Source of the DNA: Candidatus Saccharimonadota bacterium
Lineage (GTDB): Archaea; Nanobdellota; Nanobdellia; Pacearchaeales; GW2011-AR1
Direction of reading: 5' to 3'
Length of the DNA: 32,000 nt
Assembly (NCBI GenBank): GCA_041659445.1
Contig: JBAZYG010000001.1
Span: 150,001-182,000 of the forward strand
In this document: positions 1 to 9,321 of the stretch, piece by piece
Layout: every line of letters begins with the position of its first letter
Position numbering within the stretch: the first letter of the stretch is position 1
The notes under the pieces: generated by a model
What the model was told of the DNA's origin: nothing
Seen by the model: only the letters and a program-made list of their open reading frames with translations
Database searches by the model: none
Translations under genes and position numbers: made by a program

Positions 1-1
1 T

Positions 2-250
2 TATCGTATCGTTGGTTTTGAAGGTTATGAATATACTGAAATTCTTTGTGATGGAAATCAAGTTTGGAATTTTACTTGTCCTGGAACTTGTAATTATTAT
101 TGGACCTTAAATACAATAAATATTACTAATGAAGATTGCGTTTTTGATGAATCTGTAATGATTAAATTTAATCGTGCGGGTCAAGGTTCTGATGATGATG
201 CTTATTTCGATGGTATAAATTTAACTGTTGCAAGATATGTTCCCTTATAA
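2..250 (+). CDS. 3' end of a CDS truncated by the window edge; Cys-containing, probably secreted protein C-terminus
   Basis: Frame is open from base 2 to TAA at 248-250 (YRIVGFEGYEYTEILCDGNQVWNFTCPGTCNYYWTLNTINITNEDCVFDESVMIKFNRAGQGSDDDAYFDGINLTVARYVPL*). It is absent from the ORF track because it has no in-window start. It has 4 Cys and N-x-S/T sequons. Confidence 0.45.
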   Translation, partial: YRIVGFEGYEYTEILCDGNQVWNFTCPGTCNYYWTLNTINITNEDCVFDESVMIKFNRAGQGSDDDAYFDGINLTVARYVPL

Positions 251-253
251 TCA

Positions 254-946
254 TTAACCAGAAATTGTTGTTCCAATAAATTTTTTATTTTTTAAGAAAT
301 TTTCTAATTCTTTTACATTGTCTCCGATGATATAAGTTGGAATTTTGTTTCTTAAAATTATTTTTGATGCAGATGAATCTAGAACAAAATGTAATCCTGG
401 TTTGAATTTTATTTTATTTGCCATTTTTTCAAATTCTTTCCAAGATATTTTTGGAATAAATTTTGCGTCTTTGTGTTCTAAAGGGTTTTTATCGTGAAGT
501 CCTTTTGGAACATTTGTTAAATTTATGAATCTTGCTTTTAATTCTTGTGCAATTTCTGCAGAAGTTGAATCAGATGTTTGATGTGGTTGATATTCTAATG
601 CACCGCAAAAAACAATGTCTTGTTCTTTTAAATAATGTTGAATTTCATACATTGTGTGAGGAATTCCTTTTATTGGATTTAATCCGAAAAAATAACTCAT
701 AAATCTTGCATTAGTTCTAGTAGAAGATATTCCAATTAAACTTTGAAATCGTTCGTCTTTTCCTATTTGTTTTAATGCAGTTATGTATTCTCGAGCAATA
801 CTTCCTCCGCCACATACGACGACAAATTTATATTTGTTTGTATTTTTTAATAAAATTTCTTTGAATTTTTTTAAATAATTAAAATTTATCTTATTTGGAA
901 TTATTAAGCTTCCACCTAAGCTTAAAATCAATACCTCTTTTTTCAT
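254..946 (-). CDS. pyrH: UMP kinase, archaeal type (amino-acid kinase fold)
   Basis: 230-aa ORF with motifs SLGGSLI, VVVCGGGSIAREY, TSDSTSAEIA and C-terminal GTTISG. It is colinear with Pyrococcus-type archaeal UMP kinases as I recall them. Confidence 0.82.
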   Translation of the reverse strand: MKKEVLILSLGGSLIIPNKINFNYLKKFKEILLKNTNKYKFVVVCGGGSIAREYITALKQIGKDERFQSLIGISSTRTNARFMSYFFGLNPIKGIPHTMYEIQHYLKEQDIVFCGALEYQPHQTSDSTSAEIAQELKARFINLTNVPKGLHDKNPLEHKDAKFIPKISWKEFEKMANKIKFKPGLHFVLDSSASKIILRNKIPTYIIGDNVKELENFLKNKKFIGTTISG

Positions 947-1036
947 GTATTTTTTAAGTTTTTCTTATTTTTAAGAGTTTTTAATGTTGAATTTCAGTAT
1001 ACAAATTATTTTTAAGGGTGGTTTTGTAGTTTTAGC

Positions 1037-1516
1037 ATGGGAAGAGAAATAAATATTGGTCCATACATTGCAGAAAGATTAATCTTTTTTAAAAAAGGAC
1101 GGAATCTTTTAGATACAATTCAAGATGAAATTCCTGATGCAGGAAGGTTTGGAAAAGTGAATATATATGACTTGGAATTTAAAATAAAAACAATTGATAG
1201 AGAATTTATTGTTGATGTAGGTCCTTTAAAGAAAGAGGATTGGTATCTTTTAGAAGAGCATATTTCTAGGTTGAAAGATAATTCTTTTTGGGAAAGTGAT
1301 AATAAATTAATGGATTTTAAAAAATGTATTGATAATAATTCATCTTTTGTTAGTAATAAGAAAGAAGAAATAATTAATAAAAACAAACTTAGAATTTCAG
1401 GAGTTTTTTATAATTTTAATGAAAAATTTTCTTATGATTATGTTCTTAATTGTATTGTTAAACCTTTAGGCTTATACAAAAATTTTCCAAGAAAAATTTT
1501 ATCTAATAGTAAATAA
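1037..1516 (+). CDS. hypothetical protein
   Basis: 159-aa ORF with coding-like K/N/I-rich composition and no motif I recognise. It overlaps the convergent DUF357 gene by 18 nt. Confidence 0.45.
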   Translation: MGREINIGPYIAERLIFFKKGRNLLDTIQDEIPDAGRFGKVNIYDLEFKIKTIDREFIVDVGPLKKEDWYLLEEHISRLKDNSFWESDNKLMDFKKCIDNNSSFVSNKKEEIINKNKLRISGVFYNFNEKFSYDYVLNCIVKPLGLYKNFPRKILSNSK

Positions 1517-1780
1517 TTTGTTGTCTTTCACATTGAAAATTCCAAGCCTTACTCCAGAGTCAATCCATCCATGAGCATAATTTAGTGCTGCAAACGCATT
1601 TACATAATCTTGTTTTTTTTCAAAATATTCTGCATCTGAAATATAATTTTTTGCCATGTTGATTATTTCTTTTGCAGAATTTTCTTTTCCTTTTATAATG
1701 TTTTTTTGAATTATTTCAAACGCTGTTTTTGTGACATGAAAATATTTCTTTAATTTGTCTTTTGTTATCTTATTTTCCAT
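1499..1780 (-). CDS. DUF357-family small helical protein
   Basis: 93-aa ORF carrying AALNYAHGWIDSGVRLG, the signature I associate with archaeal DUF357 (PF04010). Confidence 0.6.
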   Translation of the reverse strand: MENKITKDKLKKYFHVTKTAFEIIQKNIIKGKENSAKEIINMAKNYISDAEYFEKKQDYVNAFAALNYAHGWIDSGVRLGIFNVKDNKLFTIR

Positions 1781-1846
1781 TTTATTTTAATTAATTGCAA
1801 ATATTTAAATAATTGGTTTTCATTAGTAAAATGTTAAAAGAGTAAG

Positions 1847-2548
1847 ATGAAAAAATTATTTGGAATTTTAGGAATTTTTGTATTAGTTTTTGCAGCAGGT
1901 GCTTTTGCTATTGAATCAAACCCAAATTCTTTTAATACAAATTCAATTGTAAAGCAAGTAGCTGAAGATAGAGGTTTGGATGCAGAGAAAGTTCAAGAAG
2001 TTAAACAAGTAGATTTTGAAAATCTTCCTGAAGAAATAAATATAGAAAATATTGATACAACAAATTTAGCAATGTATGAAGTTGCTTATGAAGGCGAGGA
2101 AAAGCCATTTTATGTTATAACTGTTTCAAATGAAGTTTTTGATAAGGTTCAACAAAGTGTTGCAGGAAAATTATTAATTAATTTTGGTTATGCAGAAGAG
2201 ATTAAGGAATCACAATTTTTAGAAACTTCAACAGGAGTTCAAACAAGTTATGAAAAAGGATATGTTATGATGAGAAAAGGAAGTATTACTGGAATGTCTA
2301 CTAATTTAGAAGTTTTGAATTCAGGCTCTACTGGACAAGTTGAATTAATAATTTATAAAAATGGAGAAGAAATTGGATTTAGAAATTCAATAGTTAGTGA
2401 AAATTCAGGAATAAAAAATGATTATGATGTTCAATCAGCAAACATTTTGAATTTTGAACCTGGAGATGTTATTTCTGTTTACGCTAAGATAAATGGCGAG
2501 GTTTTAATTAAAGATGTTACAACAATGATAGAGGTAGAATATTTTTAA
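1847..2548 (+). CDS. secreted hypothetical protein
   Basis: 233-aa ORF with an N-terminal signal-like segment (MKKLFGILGIFVLVFAAGAFA). The remainder is acidic and beta-rich. No family recognised. Confidence 0.6.
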   Translation: MKKLFGILGIFVLVFAAGAFAIESNPNSFNTNSIVKQVAEDRGLDAEKVQEVKQVDFENLPEEINIENIDTTNLAMYEVAYEGEEKPFYVITVSNEVFDKVQQSVAGKLLINFGYAEEIKESQFLETSTGVQTSYEKGYVMMRKGSITGMSTNLEVLNSGSTGQVELIIYKNGEEIGFRNSIVSENSGIKNDYDVQSANILNFEPGDVISVYAKINGEVLIKDVTTMIEVEYF

Positions 2549-2569
2549 TAAAATGAAAGGAGGTTTAAA

Positions 2570-2818
2570 ATGGTAAGAGAAAGAGACAAGCGAAATTTAA
2601 TAATTGCAATTTTAGCAATTGTAGTGATAGTTTTAGTTTTGGTATTACTTTACTTTTTTGTTGTTAAACCTAGTATAAATAATTACATAATTACCAAACA
2701 AATAGAAGCACAAAGTTATATTTTTGCAGATATGGTAAATCAATTACAAACAAAAGGTTATTATCAAGTTACTTTAGGAAATTCAACCATTGTTTTAGTT
2801 CCTCCACAAGCTTCTTAA
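2570..2818 (+). CDS. small N-terminally membrane-anchored protein
   Basis: 82-aa ORF with a charged N-terminus followed by one long hydrophobic helix (LIIAILAIVVIVLVLVLLYFFVV). AGGAGG lies just upstream (2558-2563). Confidence 0.5.
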   Translation: MVRERDKRNLIIAILAIVVIVLVLVLLYFFVVKPSINNYIITKQIEAQSYIFADMVNQLQTKGYYQVTLGNSTIVLVPPQAS

Positions 2819-2905
2819 TTAATTTTATTTAATTTTTGTTTAAAACTATACGTAAAGTTTTAAATAGATTGTTCTCTATTTTTATTAATAAAATTTACTT
2901 ACAAA

Positions 2906-4639
2906 ATGGCTTATAAAAAATATATAAAAAAAGATGGTAAACTTTATGGACCTTATATATATTCTAGTAAAAGAGTAGACGGAAAAGTTGTTTCAGAATA
3001 TCATGGCATTAAAGAAAAAAAAGATTTCAAAAAATTTTTGTTTATTGGTGGAGGAGTTTTAATTCTATTAATTTTAATATTTTTTCTTTTTTTCTTTAAA
3101 TCAAGAGTTAGTTCAAATGTAATTTTAGACTTATCTGGAAGTTATTCATCAGGAAAAATTAGTGATGGTGTTTTAAGATTAAGTTTAAAGCAAGGTGAAT
3201 TAATTCCAGATTCTGCAAAAATAATTCTTGAAAATAATGGTAGTACTTATGAATATTTTTTAAAAGACTTGATAAGTGAGGAATCTGTCAGTGGAAATTA
3301 TTATGTTCGAGGAACTGACATTTCAGGAGAAGGTTCTGGATATGGATTAGTTGGAGAAGAAAAAATTTATCCAGATGTTTATTTTAGATTAAATGTTTAT
3401 TCTGAAAATATATCTGAATTAAACGAATCTGATTCAACTGGCGGAAGTTCTAGTGAAGAAATTATTGAAAATAATAATTCAGAAATAATTGAAGAAAATA
3501 ATTCTGAAGAAATAATTTCTGAAACTGAAAATATTGAAGAAGAAAATGTAGAGCAAGAAAGTTCTGAAACTGTTGAACAAGAAAATGTTGTTGAAGAAAC
3601 ATCTGTCAATGAAAATGCTAATACTGAAGAAACACAAGCAATTGTCGAGGAATCTTCATCTAGTGAAGTTTCTTCTGATACAAGCACTGAAGTAAGTTCT
3701 GAAAATTCTGTGAGCGAAGTTAGTTCAAGTTCTGAAAATAGTGAAAGTTCTTCAGAAGGAAGTGTAGAAACTTCTTCTGAAAGTAGTGCTTCAGAAAGTT
3801 CAAATTCTGCAATAACAGGTGCAGTGATTGGTGGTTTTTTTCAAAGAATTTTTCGAGCAAATCCCACAGGACAAGTAAGTTCTGATTTAATTGAAGAAGA
3901 AATTCAAGGAGATGTTTCTTATGAAAGAGAATTCAAATATTCTTTAGTTGATGGAGAGGATGTTGAAATTATTGAAGGAAGTGTTAAAACAGATACAAAA
4001 GAATTGTCTTCAAATGTTTTAAATATTGAAAAAAATGGAAATGAAATTACTATTACAACAAATTATTATGAATCTCAAAATGGTTTTGGTGAAGGGTATC
4101 TTGGAAACGAAAATAAAGAATTAATTGTGAATTTAAATGATTTGGGAATTGAGTTTGCAGAAGGAGATTTGAAAGTTTCTGTGGTTTATTCTGATGAAGA
4201 AATAATTTCTTTAAATACAAAATTAGAAGAAAATGCTACATTTGAAAATGAGGAAATTATTGGAAATTTTACAGAAGAAATTTTAAACGAAACAAATGAA
4301 ACAATTTTTGAAGAAAATATTACTAATAAAACTGTTTCAGTTTTTATTTTAAATAATGTCTCACTTACAGAACCTGAAAGAGAAATCTTGAACAAGAATT
4401 TTCCGAATTCTTCAATTTCAAGCGAGAGAAGTTTTTACAAAGATTGGATTTTAGTTGATTTTAATTTGGAAAATTATCATGTTCAATATAGCTATGATTC
4501 TTCTTTGAATGAATCTCTTTTAGAAGATTTAATTGAAAATGATAGAATTAATTGGTTGAAAGATATTGCAAATAGTCTGAGTTATGAAGAAGAAGTTCCT
4601 GTTTCTTGGGAAAATAGTTCTAAAGAATATGAAATTTAA
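2906..4639 (+). CDS. single-pass membrane protein with basic cytoplasmic N-terminal motif and long acidic Ser/Glu low-complexity ectodomain
   Basis: 577-aa ORF. The N-terminus is MAYKKYIKKDGKLYGPYIYSSKRVDGKVVSEYHG, followed by the TM segment FLFIGGGVLILLILIFFLFFF, an E/S/N-rich tract, and a C-terminal region with many N-x-S/T sequons. Confidence 0.65.
   Translation: MAYKKYIKKDGKLYGPYIYSSKRVDGKVVSEYHGIKEKKDFKKFLFIGGGVLILLILIFFLFFFKSRVSSNVILDLSGSYSSGKISDGVLRLSLKQGELIPDSAKIILENNGSTYEYFLKDLISEESVSGNYYVRGTDISGEGSGYGLVGEEKIYPDVYFRLNVYSENISELNESDSTGGSSSEEIIENNNSEIIEENNSEEIISETENIEEENVEQESSETVEQENVVEETSVNENANTEETQAIVEESSSSEVSSDTSTEVSSENSVSEVSSSSENSESSSEGSVETSSESSASESSNSAITGAVIGGFFQRIFRANPTGQVSSDLIEEEIQGDVSYEREFKYSLVDGEDVEIIEGSVKTDTKELSSNVLNIEKNGNEITITTNYYESQNGFGEGYLGNENKELIVNLNDLGIEFAEGDLKVSVVYSDEEIISLNTKLEENATFENEEIIGNFTEEILNETNETIFEENITNKTVSVFILNNVSLTEPEREILNKNFPNSSISSERSFYKDWILVDFNLENYHVQYSYDSSLNESLLEDLIENDRINWLKDIANSLSYEEEVPVSWENSSKEYEI
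3401..3810 (+). repeat. coding low-complexity, imperfectly repeated acidic tract (SEEII / SEVSS units)
   Basis: Translation reads SEEIIENNNSEIIEENNSEEIISETENIEEENVEQESSETVEQENVVEETS, then SSSSEVSSDTSTEVSSENSVSEVSSSSENSESSSEGSVETSSESSASESS. At DNA level there are repeated gaagaaataatt and agttctgaaa units. Confidence 0.7.
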
Positions 4640-4680
4640 AGAATATAAATATTTATAAATCAGTATTTTATTGTTAAATC

Positions 4681-5424
4681 ATGGTAAAATATGTAGAATT
4701 TAAACCAAAAGAAATAATCTATCCAAAAGCAATAGTTATAATTCCTGATGCAGAACCTGCTTTAGGTTTTGCTCCAATTGAAGTTTATGATTCAGCAAGA
4801 GAAAAATTAATTAAAGATTTTAAAGGAAATAATAAGGCAATTGAATCTTTAACTCATGGAATTAATTTTAGAACTTTAACAGGTTCTCAATTTTTCTGGA
4901 ATAATTATTTGAATAATTTCTTAAAAGAACAAGGAATAAATGGAAGAATTATGAATATAAATGATTTAGGAAAGATTTATGCTTTAGATGAAAACTTTTT
5001 TAGTAAGCATTATTCTGATACAATAAATTTATGTTTAAGGAGTAAAAAACTTGGTTGGGAAGATAATAAAAATATTTTAGAGTATTTAGTTAAACAAGTT
5101 AAACAAAGAGAAAAAAGTTTTCTTCCAAAAAATCCTTTAATTATTTCTAATTTAGAAATTGTAAATGATAATAATCCAGATAATTTTTATGGACTTTTAT
5201 TAAAACTTAGAGAAGATTCAATTCTTGAAAATGATGAAAGATTTGCTTTTGGAAAAAATAAAATAAAATTTGAAAATGAATTAGGAAATGCTGAAAAAAA
5301 TCTTTGGACAAAAGAAAAAGATTTGTCTGGGGTTTTTGCGGATAATAGTCAGAGTGTGAATTCTGACAATGACAATTTGTATAGTTCCAATAATAGTGGC
5401 TGGGTGGTTTTTGTGAGAGATTAA
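4681..5424 (+). CDS. hypothetical protein
   Basis: 247-aa ORF with no signal peptide or TM segment and no motif I recognise. Confidence 0.5.
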   Translation: MVKYVEFKPKEIIYPKAIVIIPDAEPALGFAPIEVYDSAREKLIKDFKGNNKAIESLTHGINFRTLTGSQFFWNNYLNNFLKEQGINGRIMNINDLGKIYALDENFFSKHYSDTINLCLRSKKLGWEDNKNILEYLVKQVKQREKSFLPKNPLIISNLEIVNDNNPDNFYGLLLKLREDSILENDERFAFGKNKIKFENELGNAEKNLWTKEKDLSGVFADNSQSVNSDNDNLYSSNNSGWVVFVRD

Positions 5425-5436
5425 AAAAATAAAATT

Positions 5437-6246
5437 TTAAAAAATTGGTTTTGGAGGCATCATTGAATTATTAAAATTTTGAGAATTTGACATTCCAAAA
5501 GGTGATGGTGGTTGGTCCATATTTAAATTGTTCATTTTTTTAATCATGAAGTGAATTTGATTTTCTGTTTTAATTAAAGTTAAAATTAAATTTCCTAATG
5601 CAATTCTTGAAATTCCTTCAGAAATTGGTATTTTGGATTTTGATGAAAATTCATTCAAGATATTATTTATTTCTGTTTGGTTTAAAATTATTTCAGTAGG
5701 TTTTCTTCCCATTGTTCCTTCGACAACAACTTTTTCATTTGCACCCGGACATTCTATTAAATTAACATTTGAATCTTTTATTAAAACATCTAATTTTCCT
5801 AATTGAACATATTCAAATGTTTCAGAAGGTTGCAAATATTGTAATTTTTCTGGAAGTCTTGGTTCTGGAATTCTTAAAATTCTTGTATCTTTTTGGGTGT
5901 TTTGCGATGAGGGTTTTATTATTTCTATAAATTCAGGAAATTCTTTGTTCTTTGAAAAATCTATTTTACTTTTTTCTTTAGGTTGTTCAGTTTTTAATGG
6001 AGATTTTAATTCTTTTAAAATTTCTTCATTTGTTTTGTTGTGACTTTTTTCTTTTACTTTTTCAATTATTTGTTCTCTTGTTAATGGTTTTATTATTCTT
6101 ATTCTTCCAGGATAATTTAATTTTTGTTTTTGATTAATTAATGCATTTAATCTATATATTGGGTCTAACTTGTAATTTTTTATTAATTCTTTTGTAAAAG
6201 TCATTAGAAAAATTTCCCTTTTTTCAACGGGAATTTCTTTTATCAT
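5437..6246 (-). CDS. hypothetical protein with a region resembling the N-terminal (pre-ATPase) domain of FlaI/GspE/VirB11-type secretion ATPases
   Basis: The ORF track gives 5437..6285. I prefer the ATG at 6246 (MIKEIPVEK...) because it removes the 31-nt overlap with the upstream gene, which ends at 6255. The segment LDVLIKDSNVNLIECPGANEKVVVEGTMGRKPTEIILNQTEINNILNEFSSKSKIPISEGISRIALGNLILTLI follows the D-x2-V-x2-I-x-C-x-G ... T-x-I ... I-S pattern of FlaI-type N-domains. No Walker A/B motifs are present. Confidence 0.5.
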   Translation of the reverse strand: MIKEIPVEKREIFLMTFTKELIKNYKLDPIYRLNALINQKQKLNYPGRIRIIKPLTREQIIEKVKEKSHNKTNEEILKELKSPLKTEQPKEKSKIDFSKNKEFPEFIEIIKPSSQNTQKDTRILRIPEPRLPEKLQYLQPSETFEYVQLGKLDVLIKDSNVNLIECPGANEKVVVEGTMGRKPTEIILNQTEINNILNEFSSKSKIPISEGISRIALGNLILTLIKTENQIHFMIKKMNNLNMDQPPSPFGMSNSQNFNNSMMPPKPIF

Positions 6247-6254
6247 TTTGTAAT

Positions 6255-6788
6255 TTAATTTGGAACATTGAATTCTGGAGACCAATCAGTATCTTCACCT
6301 TCTTCTTGCACAACTGATTTTTTTGTTCCCAATTCTTCTTGAATTTTATTTAATGGTTTTATTGTTTCGTTATTTGATTTTTTAGACATTGGATATTTTG
6401 AAGGAATTTCATTCATTGGTTTTGGTGTTGAAAATTCATTGTATCTTTCTGTTGGTTTTGAATCATGAATCATGGTTATTCCTCTTGCAATTATTTTATT
6501 TTGTTCTAATAATTTATCTATTCGTGAAAGTAATTCTGGATTGTTGTCTTTTTCTTCTGTTATTTTAAAATCTTTTGCTGTAAGAGTTTTTGCAGATTCT
6601 TCAAATAAATCTAAAAGTTCTGTCATTCTGTTTGATAAATTTTCGAAGTTTTCAGAAAGAGATGTCATAACTTTTTGAAGAGAAACAAAGTTTTCAATTA
6701 ATTTTGATTCAAATTCTTTATTAGATGCTTTTTTTGGAGATTTTTCTTTGTTTGTTTTTTTTGTCATAATCCCCTCTTTTTTAGTCAT
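6255..6788 (-). CDS. coiled-coil hypothetical protein
   Basis: 177-aa ORF with a basic N-terminus and a helical heptad-like core (LIENFVSLQKVMTSLSENFENLSNRMTELLDLFEESAK). It lies 8 nt upstream of the next gene on the same strand. Confidence 0.5.
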   Translation of the reverse strand: MTKKEGIMTKKTNKEKSPKKASNKEFESKLIENFVSLQKVMTSLSENFENLSNRMTELLDLFEESAKTLTAKDFKITEEKDNNPELLSRIDKLLEQNKIIARGITMIHDSKPTERYNEFSTPKPMNEIPSKYPMSKKSNNETIKPLNKIQEELGTKKSVVQEEGEDTDWSPEFNVPN

Positions 6789-6827
6789 ATCTCTAAGATG
6801 TGATTTATATTTATAAACTTTGTTGAG

Positions 6828-9251
6828 TTAAAAAATTCCTAGAATATCTGAATCTTTTTTTGATAAGTGTTCTGTTGAATTTTGGTTTTCAAAATCTTTT
6901 TCAATTCTTTGTTTTTCTTTATGCACTTCGTAATTTCTCATTTCTTTATCTGTTCCTTTTAATATTTCTTGTTCTAGTTCATGAATATAATCACTTATTT
7001 CTTTTGCTACATCTGCATTAACACTTATGCTGTCAATTTCGTTTTCTATCAAAAATTTTACCATTTCTTTTTTACTTCCAGATTGTCCGCAAATACTTGT
7101 TTCAACATTTCTTCTTTTACAGACTCTTATCACATACGCAATTTGGTGCAATATTGCAGGATGCATTTCATTGTAAAGATGTTGAACTTGTTCGTTTCCT
7201 CTATCAACTGCTAAAATATATTGTGTTAAATCATTTGTTCCGAATGAAATAAAGTCAATTCCTTCTTCACATAATTCTTGTATTAATTGAACTGCAGCAG
7301 GAGTTTCTATCATCACTCCAACTTTTGCATTTTCAAATTTTAATTCTTTCATAATTTTTTTTACTTGCTTTATTTCATCAACGCTTATAACTTGTGGAAG
7401 CAAAATTCCAATTGTTGTTCCTTCTTCAGAAATTTTTTTCAATGCATTTAATTCAGCCTTTAATATTTTAGGGTTTTTTAACCCAAATCTGATTCCATGC
7501 ATACCTAACATTGGATTTGTTTCAATTTCTTTTGGAGCACCTTCGAGATCATGAAATTCATCACTTCTTATATCTGAAGTTCTTACCCAAATTTCTTCAA
7601 AGTATTTTGAAATTCCTTTTACTCCTTTGAAAATTACTTCTTCATATTCTGTCATTTTATTATTTGTTAAAAAATAATTTGGATGAATTCCAGATTCTGC
7701 AATTATTCCTTCAAGTCTTGTTAATCCAACTTTTTTTATTCCTGTTTTTGATGCTCTTTCTGCAAAGCTTGGTAAATCTACAATAACTTTTAATTTTGTT
7801 TTAGTAATTTTTGTTATTGGTTCTATTTCTTTTAATTTATTTTCTGAAGTTTTCCCAAGATAAACTTTTCCTTCATATCCGTCGACAGTTATTTCTTGTC
7901 CGTCTTGTAATTTTTCTGTTGCAGTTCTTGTTCCGACAACTGCAGGAATTCCCATTTCTCTTGATACAATTGCAGCATGTGCAGTCATACCTCCTTCATC
8001 AGTAACTATTGCAGAAGATTTTTGCATTGTTACAACCATATCTGGATTTGTCATGATTGTAACTAAAACATCGCCTTTTTGAATTTTGTTTAAATCTTTT
8101 AAATCTTTAATTATTTTCACTTTTCCCGAGGCGATTCCAGGAGAAGCTGCTAATCCTGTTAAAATTATTTCTCCTTTTATTTTTTCGTCTTGTTTTCTAG
8201 AATTTTTTCCTAAAGTTGTAATTGGTCTTGTTTGAACAATATAAATGTCGTCGTTTTCAATTGCAAACTCCATGTCTTGTGGTTTTGAATAATGTTCTTC
8301 TAAAATATTTGCAAAATCTGCTAATTTTTTTATTTCATAATCTTTCAGAACTTGGGCTTTTGAACGTTCTTCTCGTAATTCAAGAATTTTTGTTTCACCA
8401 GAAGCAGTTCGTCTTATTGCAATTTTTTTTTCTTCAATTCTTTTACTTAAAATGTTTAAATTTTTTGAAATTGTATATGTATCTGGGGTTATTCTTCCTG
8501 AAACAATTCCTTCTCCTAATCCCCAAACAGCCTCGATAATTATATTTTCTGTTTGCATTGTTGGGTCTTTTGAAAAAATTACGCCTGATTTTTCTGAATT
8601 AATCATTCTTTGAATTACTACTGCTAAACTTGCTTTTACGTTTGCAAATCCTTGTTTGTTTCTATAATAAATTGCTCTTGATGTAAACAAAGATGCAAAA
8701 CATTTTTTTATTGCTTCTATTAATTCTTCATTTCCTTTTATGTTCACGTATGTTTCTTGTTGTCCTGCAAAACTAGCTTCTGCTAAATCTTCTGTTGTTG
8801 CACTGGAACGAACTGCGACGAAAATTGGTTCTTGAGCATTGTGTAAAATGTCATAAGCAGAGCCTCTTTCAATATCTAATTTATCTGAACTTAAAGTTTC
8901 ATAGGATTCTATAATTTCTTCTTTCATTTCTCTTGGGAATTTTGAATTTAAAATTAATTCTCTTATTTTTTCAGATATTCTGTCTAGTTCTTTTGTGTTT
9001 TCATAATCAATGTCTTTTAGAAGTTCATTTATTCTGTCGAGTATTCCTGCTTCTTTTATAAAATAATCATAAGCTTGAGCTGTTATTACAAATCCTTCTG
9101 GAACAGGTATTTTTGCGTTGAAAATTTCAGCGAGATTTGCACCTTTTCCTCCTGCGATACTTCCAGAACTTTTATTTAATTCAGAAAACCACTTCACAAA
9201 ATCTGGGTGTTGTTCTGAATCTTCGATGCTTTTACCTCTTTTTTCAAACAT
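6828..9251 (-). CDS. ppsA: phosphoenolpyruvate synthase (pyruvate, water dikinase)
   Basis: 807-aa ORF. It has an N-terminal ATP-grasp region (GGKGANLAE), a phosphohistidine swivel motif (GGMTAHAAIVSREMGIPAVVG), and a C-terminal PEP-utilising TIM barrel with SFGTNDLTQY and TSICGQ. Confidence 0.93.
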   Translation of the reverse strand: MFEKRGKSIEDSEQHPDFVKWFSELNKSSGSIAGGKGANLAEIFNAKIPVPEGFVITAQAYDYFIKEAGILDRINELLKDIDYENTKELDRISEKIRELILNSKFPREMKEEIIESYETLSSDKLDIERGSAYDILHNAQEPIFVAVRSSATTEDLAEASFAGQQETYVNIKGNEELIEAIKKCFASLFTSRAIYYRNKQGFANVKASLAVVIQRMINSEKSGVIFSKDPTMQTENIIIEAVWGLGEGIVSGRITPDTYTISKNLNILSKRIEEKKIAIRRTASGETKILELREERSKAQVLKDYEIKKLADFANILEEHYSKPQDMEFAIENDDIYIVQTRPITTLGKNSRKQDEKIKGEIILTGLAASPGIASGKVKIIKDLKDLNKIQKGDVLVTIMTNPDMVVTMQKSSAIVTDEGGMTAHAAIVSREMGIPAVVGTRTATEKLQDGQEITVDGYEGKVYLGKTSENKLKEIEPITKITKTKLKVIVDLPSFAERASKTGIKKVGLTRLEGIIAESGIHPNYFLTNNKMTEYEEVIFKGVKGISKYFEEIWVRTSDIRSDEFHDLEGAPKEIETNPMLGMHGIRFGLKNPKILKAELNALKKISEEGTTIGILLPQVISVDEIKQVKKIMKELKFENAKVGVMIETPAAVQLIQELCEEGIDFISFGTNDLTQYILAVDRGNEQVQHLYNEMHPAILHQIAYVIRVCKRRNVETSICGQSGSKKEMVKFLIENEIDSISVNADVAKEISDYIHELEQEILKGTDKEMRNYEVHKEKQRIEKDFENQNSTEHLSKKDSDILGIF

Positions 9252-9270
9252 AAATAGAATAATTAATTAG

Positions 9271-9280
9271 AATTAATAAA
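9271..9280 (-). promoter_or_regulatory. TATA-like box for ppsA (leaderless arrangement)
   Basis: Minus-strand TTTATTAATT is centred about 25 nt upstream of the ppsA ATG at 9251. Confidence 0.35.
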
Positions 9281-9321
9281 GGTTTTTATGGGAATTATTA
9301 TACGAGTTTTATCTTTATTTT

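Noticed and set aside
6981-8539. Plus-strand ORFs 6981..7214, 7811..8005 and 8222..8539 inside ppsA
   Set aside because: They are antisense shadows of a confidently identified gene. Their translations are Leu/Phe-rich low-complexity strings, as expected from reading Lys/Glu-rich codons backwards.
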